DNA of 64,000 bases from assembly GCA_002104905.1 (NCBI GenBank), contig MCFE01000270.1, positions 1 to 64,000 on the forward strand. Reading direction: 5' to 3'. The translations under genes were made by a program, and so were the position numbers. Position 1 is the stretch's first letter. The number at the start of each line of letters is the position of its first letter. Below are positions 61,290 to 64,000 of this stretch, piece after piece. The DNA comes from Basidiobolus meristosporus CBS 931.73. Taxonomy: Eukaryota > Fungi > Basidiobolomycota. The notes beneath the pieces were generated by a model. It did no database searches. It saw only the letters and a list, made by a program, of their open reading frames with translations, and was not told where the DNA came from.

Positions 61290-64000
61290 CAGCTACATGA
61301 TAGTTGTCCACTTGTACTGCGTACATGGTAAGTTGCATCCTGGTATGATTTTGGCACAAAGTAGTAATAAATCTTCAAGGCCCCCATTACTGATATTAGT
61401 GGTAATGCACCACTTTGCTAGCCACACAATTATATCATTCACCAGTTGATGGATTACTGGGCTCACTTGGCTCCATAAAGTATCCTTGGCATTTGTTATA
61501 ATGGGTGTTGTCCCATTGCATATATGGACTTTACCAGGCTCATATGTGGTATTGCCATTAGAGGAGAAAGGCTCAAAATCCATCAGTGAACCTTCTTTGT
61601 CCAAGCTATCACTCTTTGTGCCATATTCAGAAGCCTGAGGTGAGCCTAAAGGTGTCACAAACCCACCTGACTCAATTTGTGCAAGGTGACAAAGACAGAT
61701 AGGTGCCAATAAATAAGTATCAACTGGCTGGCAAGATAATGCTAGTACAGTAGTGACCAATGAGTGTTCAAATATGACTTGTGTGACAAAACACTGGCTA
61801 TGATCCTTGTAGTACTTCCTGCGCTGTCTTTGTGCTTCATGTCTGAGAGGCTTGCCACAATAGCCACATGGACTTTTTTATCATATCTTACAGTATTGAG
61901 TCAAAGAACTTTTCTCCATGGGGCAAACAGTTTGATATTTAACAATATAATGCATTGTATTACTTTTTGGTCAATACTCATGTGAATTTAAGACAGTCTT
62001 GTAGTTGAGCCATTGTACATACGTGAATGTAAGATTAGTTGATAACCTGATAGAGTAAGCATTAAAAATAAAATTGTGGCACCATACACACACATGTATA
62101 TGTAACACTATTTCCCTTATAGTTTGACTCACTTCCATATATAGGTTGCCAAAAAATAAAGCAAAGTTGTCTGGTTCCAAACCAAGCCCCACCACTGATA
62201 GCTGCAGAAGAATGGTTGGACAACAGCTTGCTTTGAGATTCAGTGCAACAAGCAGGGCTACATCCAAAAAAGGCCATGTTAACTGTGTGCCCACTGAAGG
62301 TAATAATGCAAACTCCTCAGGCTCTCAGTCAAGTAGGCAATTGAGAACCTCTGCAGAGCCACAAGCTGACTATTATGCTCAGGCAGATGATAATGTAACA
62401 AACACAGTATCCTCATTTGAAGACCAGCAAGTGGCTGTTGTAACATCACCACCACCCATATTAGCAAGTATGTTGTCAGTTCATACCAAAGCATTAATGA
62501 AGCAATTAGGTGCAGTGGCAATAGGATGGATGCAATGGCCCAGAGAAATCAGGGAATAGTCCGGAAACAGGATGGGCAGATAACACATGTAGAGCAATCA
62601 ATATCCCATGTAGAAAAAGCAGTTTCTTTGCTGCAAAGAAGGAACTCAGGGAGCTCAATGTCACAGCCAAGAATTGAGCCATTTTCTGATGTAACAGCAG
62701 AAGAACACCATACAGTCCTTGAAACACAACAACAGTGCCCAAGATAAAGCCCACCAAAAAACCCATCATATCATGGGAGGGAAACAATGTGGTGTTGATA
62801 CCAAAGCCTAAAAATCAAAAGACATTGAAGATCTGTGAAGCCATTGAGTGCATTGATGAAGAGTGGGCTAATATTCAAGTGGCTGTCAGAAGTCTAGTAT
62901 GCCATCACCTTAATGCTGGCATACCATGAGACCATCAGGAACTCTAGGCCAAGCAGAATGCATTTTACTTATTCCATGAGCATTATCCTGGATTCAAATG
63001 GGCAAACAGATTTTGGGCCAGTATTTGTATGCTAAGAAAGCATCATAAGAATAGCATAAACTATCAAAGGAAGAAGAACAAGGGTGCCATGGCCAAAAAC
63101 CAGCAGCTTCCTCAAGAGCCCATTGCAAGCAGGGCCAAAAGCTCCAGACAAGTGTCAAACAGATGTCAGGTAGCTGGAAGAGTGCCAATTTGGGACAAGC
63201 AAGCAGACACAGATTCACCAGCACAACATTTCTCAAGGAAAAAGTGTAGTCCCACTCAAGACACACTCAGTCAAAGTAGCAGTAAAGGACCTGGCAGTGA
63301 TAAAAACCAGCTGCTTTTACAGGAGCCTGCTGCAACTACACTTGAGAGCTCAAAACAAGCATTAAAGAAACGTCAAGTTGCCAGAAGAGTGCAGCAAGGG
63401 ACAAGCAGGCCAAAATAGATGGGTTAGAGCAGAACTTAGCAAGGAGAAAAAGTAGTTCTTTACAAGAAGCACTCAGACAAAGTAGCAGTGAAAGACCTGG
63501 CAGTGATAAAAGAGAAGGTAAAGGGGAAAATGTCTACCCAAGCCTGAGACAGGGAGGCATGCAAAAGAAACTGCAGTTCTTTCTAATTAACACTGCAAGC
63601 CTGGAACAGACTGAATCTCATCATAACCAAGCAGAATTACCATCAAAAAAACAGCTGTTTTCACAAGAGTTGGATGTGCAGCCAGTTGAGCTACACTCCA
63701 GCAAGGTAGATGAGTTTGCAGAGAATGGCAATTCATCTACCCCAGTCTTCACATCCTCCATTGCCAACAGAGTGGAGATACCACTGACAGATAAGGCTAC
63801 AACATTGAGAGCTCAAAAGACTATTACAATGCCTTCAGTGGAATTTTGTAACATTAATAGGCACACCAAGAGGTTGCAGCACTTCTTCAAGAGCTGTGCT
63901 GAACAAAACACACTTGAATATTGCAAGGATTTATTGCAAAGACTGGCAGATGAGGTGCTAGACCTTACAGTGTTGGCTGAAGATCATGGCATGTGGGAAC
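61290..64000. mobile_element. CACTA copy F (transposase 5' part on - at 61290-61960, ORF2 on + at 62146-64000)
   Basis: Inverted homolog of 22610-25330. Confidence 0.85.

Noticed and set aside
1-64000. Short six-frame ORFs as host genes (e.g. 138-335, 13013-13216, 23884-24369, 39587-39844)
   Set aside because: They lie inside LTRs or are antisense/alternate-frame shadows of TE ORFs, with no recognisable cellular domain.
1-64000. Classical ascomycete RIP (CpA to TpA)
   Set aside because: CA and TG are abundant and TA is not visibly inflated. The depleted dinucleotide is CG.

Overview
This is a eukaryotic window, most likely fungal (taxon inferred only from the TE families and the mutation signature). 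Essentially all 64 kb is nested, decayed transposable elements. I found no host gene, RNA gene or CRISPR array. Families resolved by eye: two Ty1/Copia families, both with the tRNA-iMet anticodon-half PBS GGTTATGAGCCC; a chromodomain Ty3/Gypsy; a second Ty3/Gypsy without a chromodomain (two copies, one full length); a ~1.07 kb solo-LTR family (L) with 4-bp TSDs that mostly reconstruct to a CpG-centred RCGS target; a CACTA/En-Spm family with CCCTACG termini, 3-bp TSDs and a divergent accessory ORF (at least 7 pieces); and a PHIS-superfamily (IS5/Harbinger-like, DDE_Tnp_4) family with AGACTTGTTCC termini, AWT TSDs and several MITE/foldback derivatives. CpG is strongly depleted, and the surviving CpGs almost never sit in TCG/CGA context. 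Boundaries with TSDs were read to the base. Other boundaries are approximate (about +/-30 bp). Identities and counts are by-eye estimates.
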